Assembly (NCBI GenBank): GCA_903851235.1
Contig: CAINNR010000001.1
Span: 22,432 to 86,431, forward strand
DNA length: 64,000 bases
From: an uncultured Candidatus Berkelbacteria bacterium
GTDB taxonomy: Bacteria > Patescibacteriota > UBA1384 > XYA2-FULL-43-10 > CAINNR01
Direction of reading: 5' to 3'
Below, piece by piece: positions 1-8,506 of this stretch. The position numbers and the translations under genes were made by a program. The stretch's first letter is position 1. Each line of letters begins with the position of its first letter. The notes beneath the pieces are model-generated. The model had not been told where the DNA came from. It saw only the letters and a list, made by a program, of their open reading frames with translations, and searched no databases.

Positions 1-105
1 GCCGAATTTGCTTGCGTGAAATTGTTAGTCGTGGTGAAGTTCCAGGTGTATCAAAATCAAGTTGGTAATCTGACAAATTTTAAATACTAAATTTAGAAAA
101 ATATT

Positions 106-483
106 ATGGACCCAATTGCAGACATGCTAACAACAATCAGAAATAATATGGCCGTCGGAAACGACAAGGCTCAAGTTTCGCATTCAAAATTGAAAGCTGC
201 GATTCTTGAACTTTTAAAGAAAAAACAAGTTATTGATGATTTTGAAATTACCACCGAAGGCGCTCGCAAGTTAATTACAATTATTGTCAAACAGAACCAC
301 TTCCCATGCCACTTAAAACGAATTTCAAAACCTGGACGACGAGTTTTTGTTAAATCGAAAGATGTTAAGGCGCCTTTATCCGGTTTGGGTTTTGTTATTA
401 TCTCGACACCAAAGGGAGTTTTGACCGGTTCGGAAGCGAAGAAAATCGGTGTTGGTGGAGAATTAATCTGCGAGGTCTGGTAA
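106..483 (+). CDS. rpsH: 30S ribosomal protein S8
   Basis: Translation matches the S8 family throughout and ends with the conserved C-terminal GGE[LV]ICEVW-type motif. Sits in the canonical S8-L6-L18-S5 order. Confidence 0.95.
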   Translation: MDPIADMLTTIRNNMAVGNDKAQVSHSKLKAAILELLKKKQVIDDFEITTEGARKLITIIVKQNHFPCHLKRISKPGRRVFVKSKDVKAPLSGLGFVIISTPKGVLTGSEAKKIGVGGELICEVW

Positions 484-484
484 T

Positions 485-1036
485 ATGAGTAGAGTTGGAA
501 ACAAATTAATTTCAATTCCCGAAGGTGTTAATGTTAATATCAACAACGCTGTGGTTTCTGTATCCGGATCGCGCGGAACTGAGGAATTTATTTTGCCGGT
601 TGGAATTAAAATTACTGTTGCCGATGGAAACATCAAAGTCATCCGACGTGATAACAGCAAACCACAACGATCACTTCACGGCACCAGCGCCAGAGTAATC
701 TCAAACATTGTTACCGGAATGTCTGCAGGATTTTCCCGCAAGTTGACATTCAAAGGTGTTGGTTTTACAATCGCCGTTGAAGGCAATAAAATCACTATGC
801 GATTAGGTTTCTCTCATCCGGTGGTTTTGGAAATTCCCGAAGGAATTAATGTTTCGGTGACTAAAAACACAATCAACGTTGAAGGATCAAACAAAGAAGC
901 GGTTGGTGCTTTTGCCGCAAAGTTGCGCGATTGCAAAAAGCCGGAAGTCTATAAGGGCAAAGGAATTAAATACGCCGAAGAAATTATCAGAAAGAAAGCC
1001 GGAAAAGCCGCTCAGTCATCATCGGCGAAAGGATAA
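485..1036 (+). CDS. rplF: 50S ribosomal protein L6
   Basis: Two-domain L6-like protein (MSRVGNKLISIPEGV...). Lies directly after rpsH. Confidence 0.95.
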   Translation: MSRVGNKLISIPEGVNVNINNAVVSVSGSRGTEEFILPVGIKITVADGNIKVIRRDNSKPQRSLHGTSARVISNIVTGMSAGFSRKLTFKGVGFTIAVEGNKITMRLGFSHPVVLEIPEGINVSVTKNTINVEGSNKEAVGAFAAKLRDCKKPEVYKGKGIKYAEEIIRKKAGKAAQSSSAKG

Positions 1037-1038
1037 AA

Positions 1039-1365
1039 ATGAACAAGATTAAACAGCGTAAAAATCGAGTAACAAATAAAATTAAAGCGACATCGACTCG
1101 TCCAAGGTTGATAATTTTCAGATCCAATAAAGAGATATACGCTTCTATAATTGACGATTCTGGCAATGTCAGGGCACAGGCCTCAAGCCTGAAAATTTCA
1201 AATATTAACAAAACTCAAACTGCGGAAAAGGTCGGAGAAGAGATTGCCAACAAAGCAAAAGCGGCGAAGATTTCCGAAATTGTTTTCGATCGACGCGGTT
1301 ATAAATATCACGGCCGTGTTGCAGCGCTGGCCAAAGCGGCACGAGACAAAGGCTTAAAATTCTAA
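1039..1365 (+). CDS. rplR: 50S ribosomal protein L18
   Basis: Conserved C-terminus FDRRGYKYHGRVAALAKAARDKGLKF. Operon position fits. Confidence 0.93.
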   Translation: MNKIKQRKNRVTNKIKATSTRPRLIIFRSNKEIYASIIDDSGNVRAQASSLKISNINKTQTAEKVGEEIANKAKAAKISEIVFDRRGYKYHGRVAALAKAARDKGLKF

Positions 1366-1374
1366 GGAGTAAAA

Positions 1375-2019
1375 GTGGATAAACCAAGAAGAGAAAAATC
1401 AAATCGGGATAACCGCAATTCACAATTTGAAGAGCGCGTTGTTGAAATTTCTCGAGTTTCTCGAGTTGTTAAAGGTGGCCGAAGAATTCGTTTCCGAGTT
1501 CTAATTGTAATCGGTGATCAAAAAGGCAAAATCGGTTATGGTATTGCAAAAGGTAACGAAATTGCCGTTGCGGTTAAAAAAGCTGTCGCTGCTGCTCAGA
1601 AAAGAATGATCGACGTGCCGGTAATCGATGACACCATCCCGTACGAAATTACTCAAGATCTTGGAAGCTCGCGAGTTTTCCTTAAACCGGCGAGTCAAGG
1701 TACTTCGGTTGTTGCCGGTGGCGTCGTGCGAGTCATTGCCGAATTGGCGGGAATTAAAAATCTGCTTTCAAAAACCATTGGTAGCTCAAACAAAGTTAAT
1801 AACGTAAAAACCGTTTTCCTCGCGCTTTCAAGTTTTGATCCGGAAAAAGTTGAAATTATTCGCAAGCGTTTTGAAAAAAATTCTGCAGTTGCTCCTGTTA
1901 CCAATCCAACGGAAGTTGTTAAAGATGTTATTACCCCAACAGAAGAGCTAAAAGAAGAAAAACCAGCAAAAAAAGTAAAAGTTTCAAAAACAATTAAAAA
2001 AGGAACTCCGAATAATTAG
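1375..2019 (+). CDS. rpsE: 30S ribosomal protein S5 with Lys/Glu-rich C-terminal extension
   Basis: GTG start. S5 core ([22 protein letters not shown]...[15 protein letters not shown]) followed by a tail of about 50 aa rich in K and E. Confidence 0.93.
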   Translation: MDKPRREKSNRDNRNSQFEERVVEISRVSRVVKGGRRIRFRVLIVIGDQKGKIGYGIAKGNEIAVAVKKAVAAAQKRMIDVPVIDDTIPYEITQDLGSSRVFLKPASQGTSVVAGGVVRVIAELAGIKNLLSKTIGSSNKVNNVKTVFLALSSFDPEKVEIIRKRFEKNSAVAPVTNPTEVVKDVITPTEELKEEKPAKKVKVSKTIKKGTPNN

Positions 2020-2036
2020 TAATTTAGTAGGAGCCA
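2019..2036 (+). repeat. 18-nt repeat GTAATTTAGTAGGAGCCA in the rplO translation initiation region
   Basis: Identical copy at 2495-2512 in front of secY. In both the repeat includes the SD and is followed by N4-GGCATG. Confidence 0.5.
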
Positions 2037-2041
2037 CAGGC

Positions 2042-2467
2042 ATGAAATTGCACGAACTAAAAAAAGATCAAAAATCAACCAGTCGCAAACGAGTCGGACG
2101 TGGTATTTCTGCTGGTGGTGGCAAAACCGCCGGCAGGGGGACCAAAGGCCAAAACTCTCGTTCCGGCCATAATATCCCACGAAAATTTGAAGGCGGACAA
2201 ACTCCGCTTATTATGCGTTTGCACAAACTAAAAGGTTTCAAAAGCCATCAAGATGAAGTTCAGGTTGTTACTCTGGATGAAATATCAAAAAATTTCAAAG
2301 ACAAAGAAACTGTATCTGTGCAATCACTTTTGAAAAAAGGTATGATTAAAAAAGGGCAGCCAGCGAAAATTCTAAATACCGGTGAACTAAAAGTTGCGGT
2401 AAAAATTGCCGATGACGTCAAAACCTCAAAATCAGTACTGGAAATTGTAAGCTCAAAATCAAAATAA
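2042..2467 (+). CDS. rplO: 50S ribosomal protein L15
   Basis: Gly-rich L15 N-terminus ([28 protein letters not shown]). Follows S5 directly, with no L30 gene in between. Confidence 0.93.
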   Translation: MKLHELKKDQKSTSRKRVGRGISAGGGKTAGRGTKGQNSRSGHNIPRKFEGGQTPLIMRLHKLKGFKSHQDEVQVVTLDEISKNFKDKETVSVQSLLKKGMIKKGQPAKILNTGELKVAVKIADDVKTSKSVLEIVSSKSK

Positions 2468-2494
2468 ATTCTCATTCGTAATTTTGTTTAATTT

Positions 2495-2512
2495 GTAATT
2501 TAGTAGGAGCCA
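2495..2512 (+). repeat. second copy of the 18-nt repeat, in front of secY
   Basis: Identical to 2019-2036. Confidence 0.5.
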
Positions 2513-2517
2513 GCGGC

Positions 2518-3792
2518 ATGAATACTTTGGCAAAAATCTGGCAATATAAAGATTTGCGCAATAAAGTTTTGACTGTTGCCGGGCTTTTGGTAATTACTCG
2601 AATTATCGCTCACATTCCACTTCCGGGTGTAGATTTAGCTCAATTACAAAACTTTTTTAATCAAAACCAAATTTTTGGACTCTTGAATATGTTTTCTGGT
2701 GGCACAATGAGCTCCTTCTCCATCGCACTGATGGGCGTTGGACCGTACATTACTTCATCAATTGTTTTTCAGCTCTTAACTATGATTGTCCCGAAATTCG
2801 AAGAGTTGCAGAAAGAGGGTGAATCCGGCCGCAATAAAATCAATCAATGGACAAGGCTTTTAACCGTTCCATTAGCAATTGTTCAGGGCTACAGTATGCT
2901 TTTCTTGTTGCGCTCGCAAGGCATAATTCCAACCTGGACAATCTATCAACTAATTTTAATGCTGGTTTCAATCACCGCTGGAACATTGGTGCTAATGTGG
3001 ATTGGCGAAATTATTACCGAAAAGGGGATTGGCAATGGTTTGTCGTTGATCATCTCGGTTGGAATTTTGGCAAAACTGCCTTCATCAATCAGAAATACCG
3101 CTTCGTTAATTTCGGTTGCCGACACAGCTAAAATTGTCGAGATGATATTTTTTGTCCTCATTGCTTTGGGAATTGTTGGCGTTATAGTTTTAATCACCGA
3201 AGGCCAACGAAATATTCCGGTTTCCTACGCCAGAAAATCGCGTGGTCAAAACTCTTATTCGTCCCTCAACACATTTTTGCCGATTAAAGTTAACACCGCC
3301 GGTGTTATTCCAATAATCTTCGCCATGAGTTTAATGATCATTCCAGGTGTTCTCGGTAAATTTTTGGAAAGTGCAAAGTCGGCGTCAATTGCTCATTTAG
3401 CGACATCAACAGTCAACTTGTTTACTAATAACTTCTTTTACGCTTCACTTTACTTTGTTATGGTGGTTGCTTTCACATACTTCTATACATCCGTCGTTTT
3501 CAAACCGGATCAAATTGCCGAAAACTTGCAAAAACAGGGGGGTTTTATCCCTGGAATTCGTCCAGGCAGCGAAACGATTCATTTTCTTGGCAATATTATT
3601 GTTCGGATTACGCTGACCTCATCAATCTTTTTGGGAGTAATAGCTGTTTTGCCTTATATAATGCAGGCGGTCACCAACATTAATACCTTGGTCATCGGTG
3701 GCACCGGCATTCTAATTGTCGTTTCAGTTGTAATCGAAACCATGAACCAAATGCAAGCGCAGTTGACAATGCACACATACGAAAACTATTAA
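2518..3792 (+). CDS. secY: preprotein translocase subunit SecY
   Basis: 424-aa polytopic membrane protein with SecY signature regions. Position after rplO. Confidence 0.95.
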   Translation: MNTLAKIWQYKDLRNKVLTVAGLLVITRIIAHIPLPGVDLAQLQNFFNQNQIFGLLNMFSGGTMSSFSIALMGVGPYITSSIVFQLLTMIVPKFEELQKEGESGRNKINQWTRLLTVPLAIVQGYSMLFLLRSQGIIPTWTIYQLILMLVSITAGTLVLMWIGEIITEKGIGNGLSLIISVGILAKLPSSIRNTASLISVADTAKIVEMIFFVLIALGIVGVIVLITEGQRNIPVSYARKSRGQNSYSSLNTFLPIKVNTAGVIPIIFAMSLMIIPGVLGKFLESAKSASIAHLATSTVNLFTNNFFYASLYFVMVVAFTYFYTSVVFKPDQIAENLQKQGGFIPGIRPGSETIHFLGNIIVRITLTSSIFLGVIAVLPYIMQAVTNINTLVIGGTGILIVVSVVIETMNQMQAQLTMHTYENY

Positions 3793-3820
3793 AATCAATC
3801 CTAATTTTTGTGGGAGCATT

Positions 3821-4444
3821 ATGCAAAAAGTTATTATCATGCTTGGGTTTCCGGCGTCCGGTAAAGGGACACAAGCGAATATATTAGCCAAAAGATTAGG
3901 TTACAATTATTTTGGCACCGGCGATCTATTGCGAGCTGAGGTAGAAAAAGGATCAGAGCTTGGCAAAACTTTTGCTAAGTTGATGGATGTCGGAGAATTG
4001 GTACCGGACAATCTTACCGATCCGCTTGTTAAGAAAAAACTTGGGAGTTTAAAAGGTTCTGGTGTGATTCTGGACGGCTACCCAAGAAATTTGAATCAGG
4101 TTCAAGTTTTAAAACAGGTTTTTCCGGATGAAGATTTTTTGGTTTTAAATATTGAGGTTTCGGCTGAGGCGCTACTTAAACGAATGCAAAATCGTCGAAT
4201 TTGTGAAAAGTGTGGTAAAATTTATACCATCAACCCCGGGGAAAACAGGAAGTGTGATATATGTGGCGGAAATCTTATCCAGCGGGCGGATGACAGTCCG
4301 GAAGTGTTGGCAAGGCGAATCACAACGTACGAGGAGCTGACCAGTCCGATCATCAGATATTATCAGAATAAAGGTGTTCTGGTAACCATTAATGGTGAAC
4401 CGCCAATCCCCGAAGTTACAAAAGAAATTGAAAAGGTAGTCTAA
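3821..4444 (+). CDS. adk: adenylate kinase, Zn-binding lid type
   Basis: P-loop GFPASGKGTQA. Lid carries a Cys4 arrangement (CEKCGKIYTINPGENRKCDICGG). Confidence 0.95.
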   Translation: MQKVIIMLGFPASGKGTQANILAKRLGYNYFGTGDLLRAEVEKGSELGKTFAKLMDVGELVPDNLTDPLVKKKLGSLKGSGVILDGYPRNLNQVQVLKQVFPDEDFLVLNIEVSAEALLKRMQNRRICEKCGKIYTINPGENRKCDICGGNLIQRADDSPEVLARRITTYEELTSPIIRYYQNKGVLVTINGEPPIPEVTKEIEKVV

Positions 4445-5205
4445 TGCAGAGAAAATTGTTGCCTGAACAACTTACCGATTTCCGAAAATCCGGTAAGATT
4501 TTAGCTACCGCTCTTTTCGAAGTTGCAAATTACGTTAAGCCCGGTGTTACAACGATGACCTTGGACGAAATTGCCGAGAGAAGTTTGCGCCGACAAGGCG
4601 CACAGCCATCGTTTAAAAATTATAAAACCGGTGACGCGCCTAGGTTTCCTGCATCTTTGTGTGTTTCAATAAACGACGAACTGGTTCACGGAATTCCAAA
4701 TGAAAAACGTTTTATAAAGGATGGCGATATTATCTCGCTCGATTTGGGCGCCAATTACCACGGAACTTTTACCGATATGGCGGTTACCATCCCGGTCGGA
4801 AAAATTTCATCGAATGACAAAAAACTAATTGATGTAACAAAAAATGTTCTAATGGAAGCAATAAAATATGTCAAACCCGGCATAACAACCGGCGACTTGG
4901 GAAATTTTATTGACAGCTATGTAAAAAAACAAAAGCTATTGGTAATTCGCGATTTTGTTGGACATGGGATTGGTCTTCAGCCTCATGACGAACCACAATT
5001 ACCGAATTTTGGACAACCCGGGAGAGGTCCAATCCTCGAAGTTGGAATGACAATTGCAATCGAGCCAATGGTGACGTCTGATGACATCGAGATTAAAATT
5101 GCCAAAGACGGCTGGACCGTAAGGATGGTTAGAGGTCAGCACTCCGCTCACTTTGAACACACAATTTTAATCACCAAATCCGGCGCAGAATTAATTACAA
5201 AATAA
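4444..5205 (+). CDS. map: methionine aminopeptidase type I
   Basis: MetAP fold motifs. Canonical position after adk. Confidence 0.93.
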   Translation: MQRKLLPEQLTDFRKSGKILATALFEVANYVKPGVTTMTLDEIAERSLRRQGAQPSFKNYKTGDAPRFPASLCVSINDELVHGIPNEKRFIKDGDIISLDLGANYHGTFTDMAVTIPVGKISSNDKKLIDVTKNVLMEAIKYVKPGITTGDLGNFIDSYVKKQKLLVIRDFVGHGIGLQPHDEPQLPNFGQPGRGPILEVGMTIAIEPMVTSDDIEIKIAKDGWTVRMVRGQHSAHFEHTILITKSGAELITK

Positions 5206-5241
5206 ATATATTTTACTGAGAAATTATTCCAGGGGTATTAA

Positions 5242-5535
5242 ATGACTCAATCGAGGAAAATTGGCATCGTACTGCTTGTTCTCGGATTGTTAGGTATGTT
5301 ATTTTTTAGATCGGATTTGTTGTACTATTTAATTTTACCGTCAGCCGCCGCGTTATTAATTGGTGGTTTCTTAATTTATCGCTGGCTACCGATTTTGTTT
5401 CTACTTATAGCCGGTGTTGCCTCATACTTTTTTATTCATTTTGATTTCCAATCGGCTCCGATGCTTTTTATAATTGAAGGTTTTTTGTTAATTTTGATTA
5501 CTGTTTTTGCGGTTTTAGCTAAAAAAACACATTAA
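5242..5535 (+). CDS. small hypothetical membrane protein (3 predicted TM helices)
   Basis: Hydrophobic 97-aa ORF. No recognisable family. Confidence 0.5.
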   Translation: MTQSRKIGIVLLVLGLLGMLFFRSDLLYYLILPSAAALLIGGFLIYRWLPILFLLIAGVASYFFIHFDFQSAPMLFIIEGFLLILITVFAVLAKKTH

Positions 5536-5579
5536 TTGTTATGTTATGCACGTTAATGTGCTATAATAGGATATATTAT

Positions 5580-6860
5580 ATGAAATCGAAGTTACTGACA
5601 ATTATTAGTTCACTGGTGTTATTGGTGGTGATGACGGTCTTGCCGACCGCATCTTTTGCGCTAAGCTGGTCGCAAGTAAATCAAAATGATTTCGGTGGTA
5701 CTCCGCCTTTTGGCAATAGTTACATCAATGAAGTTGTAAATTTTAAAGGTAGAATGTACGCCGCAAAAACCGAATCAGATGCTGGCTACGATTCAACTTG
5801 GGCTAATTTATATCGTTGCTGTGGCGCCGGTCAGTCAGGCTGGAATAATGTTTTTGATGGTGACACCAAATGGGACGCCGATTTCGATTTATTTCCCGGT
5901 GACGACCATGACAGCGATCAGGAATTAATTCCAGTTGTTATCAACAATAGATTATATGTCGGAACAAAGAACGTGAGTGGTGGTGAGCTTTGGGTCAGTG
6001 ACGACGGAGACAACTACTCATTAATTTATAACGACGGGATTGACAACCAAGATAATACGGCAATTAGAAGCATAATTCAGTTTAATGGCAATATTTATCT
6101 CGGCACAGCTAACGACAATGATGGCGCTAGAATTTATCGGATTGAGAATAATTCGAGTGCTACCCAAGTAAATGATGATGGCTTTGGTGATTTTAATAAC
6201 ACCGAAGTGACACAGATGTTCGTTTTTGACGGTTATTTGTATGCCGGAATTTATAATCCAAACGGCAGTCAGCTTTATCGCTCCGCCAGCGGAGATATTG
6301 GAAGTTGGACTCTCGTCAATAATGATGGCTTTTCAGATTCCAACAACACTTACATTATCGCATCTACGATTTTTAACAATGAAATGTATATCGGTACATA
6401 CAACACGACAGATGGTGGTCAGGTCTTGGTCAGTAGCAACGGAACCAGCTGGGCAACTACCGGTGGTGACGGACTTGGAAGCAGTCACAATACCGAAATC
6501 GGTTCACTTTTGGTCGCAAATGATGGAAATTTATATGCCGGTACGCGCAATGACACCGACGGCGCAAAGCTGTATTATAGTAGCAACGGCACTTCTTGGT
6601 CGCAAGATAACGGTATAAATTTTTCAAATCCATATAATTATGCAATTTTCGCCATGTATTCCGATAGTAATACGTTTTTTGCTGTAATGTCCAATAAGCA
6701 TACTGGTGCCGAAGTGTTTTGCTCCGGTTGTACTAATGGTAATTGGTGTATACTTGATGCAATTGATGACCCATCAACTACATCAAATTCAAATCCGCAG
6801 TCTCCAATTTCTGAGAATAAACCCAAAGTTCTGTTTCCGCAAACTGGTGTCGGTGAATAG
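5580..6860 (+). CDS. secreted repeat protein, probable 6-bladed beta-propeller, ending in an LPXTG-like FPQTG
   Basis: Signal peptide MKSKLLTIISSLVLLVVMTVLPTASFA. About six ~50-aa repeats of the form LY.GT.N..DGA.LY.S..G..W....DGF.D. A TGcTATAAT extended -10 lies just upstream at 5562-5567. Confidence 0.6.
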   Translation: MKSKLLTIISSLVLLVVMTVLPTASFALSWSQVNQNDFGGTPPFGNSYINEVVNFKGRMYAAKTESDAGYDSTWANLYRCCGAGQSGWNNVFDGDTKWDADFDLFPGDDHDSDQELIPVVINNRLYVGTKNVSGGELWVSDDGDNYSLIYNDGIDNQDNTAIRSIIQFNGNIYLGTANDNDGARIYRIENNSSATQVNDDGFGDFNNTEVTQMFVFDGYLYAGIYNPNGSQLYRSASGDIGSWTLVNNDGFSDSNNTYIIASTIFNNEMYIGTYNTTDGGQVLVSSNGTSWATTGGDGLGSSHNTEIGSLLVANDGNLYAGTRNDTDGAKLYYSSNGTSWSQDNGINFSNPYNYAIFAMYSDSNTFFAVMSNKHTGAEVFCSGCTNGNWCILDAIDDPSTTSNSNPQSPISENKPKVLFPQTGVGE

Positions 6861-6905
6861 TATATTAATTATTACGATCAGAGTAATTAACGGACAAGGA
6901 GTGTA

Positions 6906-7223
6906 ATGAATTTAAATTCATTTTTTCAAATCACGGTTAGTATTTTCTCAATCATTGCCAGTATTTTTATGCTGACTTTATTTGTTTGGGCAATTATTTT
7001 GCACGGCCAGCTCAGTAAGTTGTTGAAAAAACTTGAGGAGATTTCTGATGTTGCTAAGACTACCGCCAACGATGCAAAGGAATTCATCGACCGAACAATT
7101 GAATCGCTTGAAGCATTTAAAAACAGTATTTTCACTTTTGAGTTTATTCGCAAGATTGTGACTGAAATAATTGAACTTATTAAAAATAATTCGAAAGGAG
7201 CAAAAGATGGACAAAAAAAGTAA
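6906..7223 (+). CDS. YtxG-like (DUF948-type) N-anchored coiled-coil protein
   Basis: N-terminal TM helix then a helical region. Immediately followed by a ytxH-like gene, as in the Firmicutes ytxG-ytxH pair. Good SD (aaggag). Confidence 0.5.
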   Translation: MNLNSFFQITVSIFSIIASIFMLTLFVWAIILHGQLSKLLKKLEEISDVAKTTANDAKEFIDRTIESLEAFKNSIFTFEFIRKIVTEIIELIKNNSKGAKDGQKK

Positions 7224-7527
7224 GGGTGTGATTCTTGGTGCATCAGTTGGAATTTTGGCTGGAGCGATCGCAGGTATTTTATTGGCACCGAAATCGGGTA
7301 AAGAAACCCGAGCGGATATTACAAAACATGTGGGCGAAATGAAGGATAAAATCGCCAAAGAGCTATCAAAGGTTGGCAAGGTCAGTAAAGAAGCTTACAA
7401 CGAGATTGTTGAGAAAGTTGTAAAGGTTTATGAATTAGAAAAAAAGATCACTCCGAAAGATGCCAAGGATATTATTACAAAACTTGACGCTAATTACAAA
7501 AAAGTTGTTGAGGTCATGAAAAAATAA
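7207..7527 (+). CDS. YtxH-like general stress protein
   Basis: N-terminus MDKKSKGVILGASVGILAGAIAGILLAPKSGKETR is typical of YtxH. SD aaggag. Confidence 0.6.
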   Translation: MDKKSKGVILGASVGILAGAIAGILLAPKSGKETRADITKHVGEMKDKIAKELSKVGKVSKEAYNEIVEKVVKVYELEKKITPKDAKDIITKLDANYKKVVEVMKK

Positions 7528-7544
7528 TTTCGTCTGTTTGATTG

Positions 7545-7575
7545 AAAAAAGCGCTCCAGTTGGAGCGCTTTTGGA
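7545..7575. terminator. bidirectional rho-independent terminator
   Basis: A-run, then hairpin GCGCTCCA-gt-TGGAGCGC, then TTTT. Lies between convergent genes. Confidence 0.6.
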
Positions 7576-7592
7576 TTTGATAGACAATAGTG

Positions 7593-7874
7593 TTATGAAT
7601 CAGATTCTAGACACTCTTCGCATTGTGGTTCGCCATCTCGCAACGCTTTGCGAATTTTTGTTTCGAGCTCTTCAATGTTGGTGGAATCAGGCAGTGGCAA
7701 AGCATTTTCGTCACGAATTTCATAAATCGTTGATGTCGTAGAGACAATTGCCGGTAATCTGTGAATCTTACACTCCACCGATTCGATTTGTATCACTTCT
7801 TGATCGTAATCGACTAGATACGTTTTATCTCCAACTACAACTTCGGTCGAACATGTTGGATACTCCCGTGACAT
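7593..7874 (-). CDS. hypothetical protein (93 aa, Cys pairs at both ends)
   Basis: ORF on the minus strand in a GC-elevated patch. No family recognised. Confidence 0.35.
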   Translation of the reverse strand: MSREYPTCSTEVVVGDKTYLVDYDQEVIQIESVECKIHRLPAIVSTTSTIYEIRDENALPLPDSTNIEELETKIRKALRDGEPQCEECLESDS

Positions 7875-7995
7875 CTGGCAACACCTCCTTGTGATGCTAC
7901 AATATTAGCACATGTGGTATTTACTTGCAACATGTATGTAGAGAACCTCGTCTGAGACAGATGAGGAAGGAAAAGCCATACCGGTATGTTAAAGA

Positions 7996-8382
7996 TCAAC
8001 TGGGATCGATTATTCTCATGCCATAGCGACGAAGCGACTCGCGCGTGGCAATTGTTTCCCAACTCTCTCCGACAACAGGAGAGCTGGAAATACCGGAGTA
8101 AAAATGAGAGCACAAGAGGGATCGATTTAGCAAAAGATTCAAACATGCAATACGATGCTCGGATGCGTCAATGTCATCAACTTGATGTTTGCCAGCAAGG
8201 CATACGCAATTGACGCTATGAAGCACCAATACTCGACTGCTAATCGTACAGCAGGTGATGATATTGATTGTATGCTCACCGCAGTTGAAAAGATAACTGC
8301 TATCCCAGAAAGATGAGATCTGTCCGACCGAATTTTCGATAGCTTGCCTGACTTTTTCGTCCAGCTCAACCACAATCGTCAC
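7996..8382 (-). CDS. hypothetical Cys-rich protein (128 aa)
   Basis: ORF in a GC-elevated patch (~45% GC versus ~37% background), 10 Cys. No family recognised. Confidence 0.4.
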   Translation of the reverse strand: MTIVVELDEKVRQAIENSVGQISSFWDSSYLFNCGEHTINIITCCTISSRVLVLHSVNCVCLAGKHQVDDIDASEHRIACLNLLLNRSLLCSHFYSGISSSPVVGESWETIATRESLRRYGMRIIDPS

Positions 8383-8446
8383 GCCCCTTTGGTATTTGAT
8401 CCGACCTGACTCTCAAATATCATACTCCTGTATTGGAAAAAGTCAA

Positions 8447-8480
8447 CAAAAAAAGGAGGATTTTTATCACTCCTTTTCTT
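8447..8480. terminator. intrinsic terminator downstream of the DEAD-box helicase gene
   Basis: A-run, AGGAG/CTCCT stem, T-run. Lies 30 nt beyond the helicase stop codon. Confidence 0.55.
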
Positions 8481-8506
8481 GTATCATTGGTAATATCAAG
8501 CGGAAT

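Noticed and set aside
171-515. Antisense and alternative-frame ORFs inside well-supported genes (e.g. 171-515, 2847-3131, 6226-6618, 12125-12469, 21315-21668, 42876-43376, 48469-48963)
   Set aside because: They lie wholly within conserved genes on the opposite strand or in another frame, and have no SD or family resemblance. They are the kind of spurious long ORFs common in such regions.
6858-6908. Idea that the FPQTG end of the beta-propeller protein and the TM-plus-KLLKK start of the next ORF (same frame) are a sorting signal split by stop codons
   Set aside because: Two in-frame stops (TAG, TAA) separate them. The downstream ORF has its own good SD and resembles YtxG/DUF948 proteins that pair with the following YtxH-like gene, so it is an independent gene.
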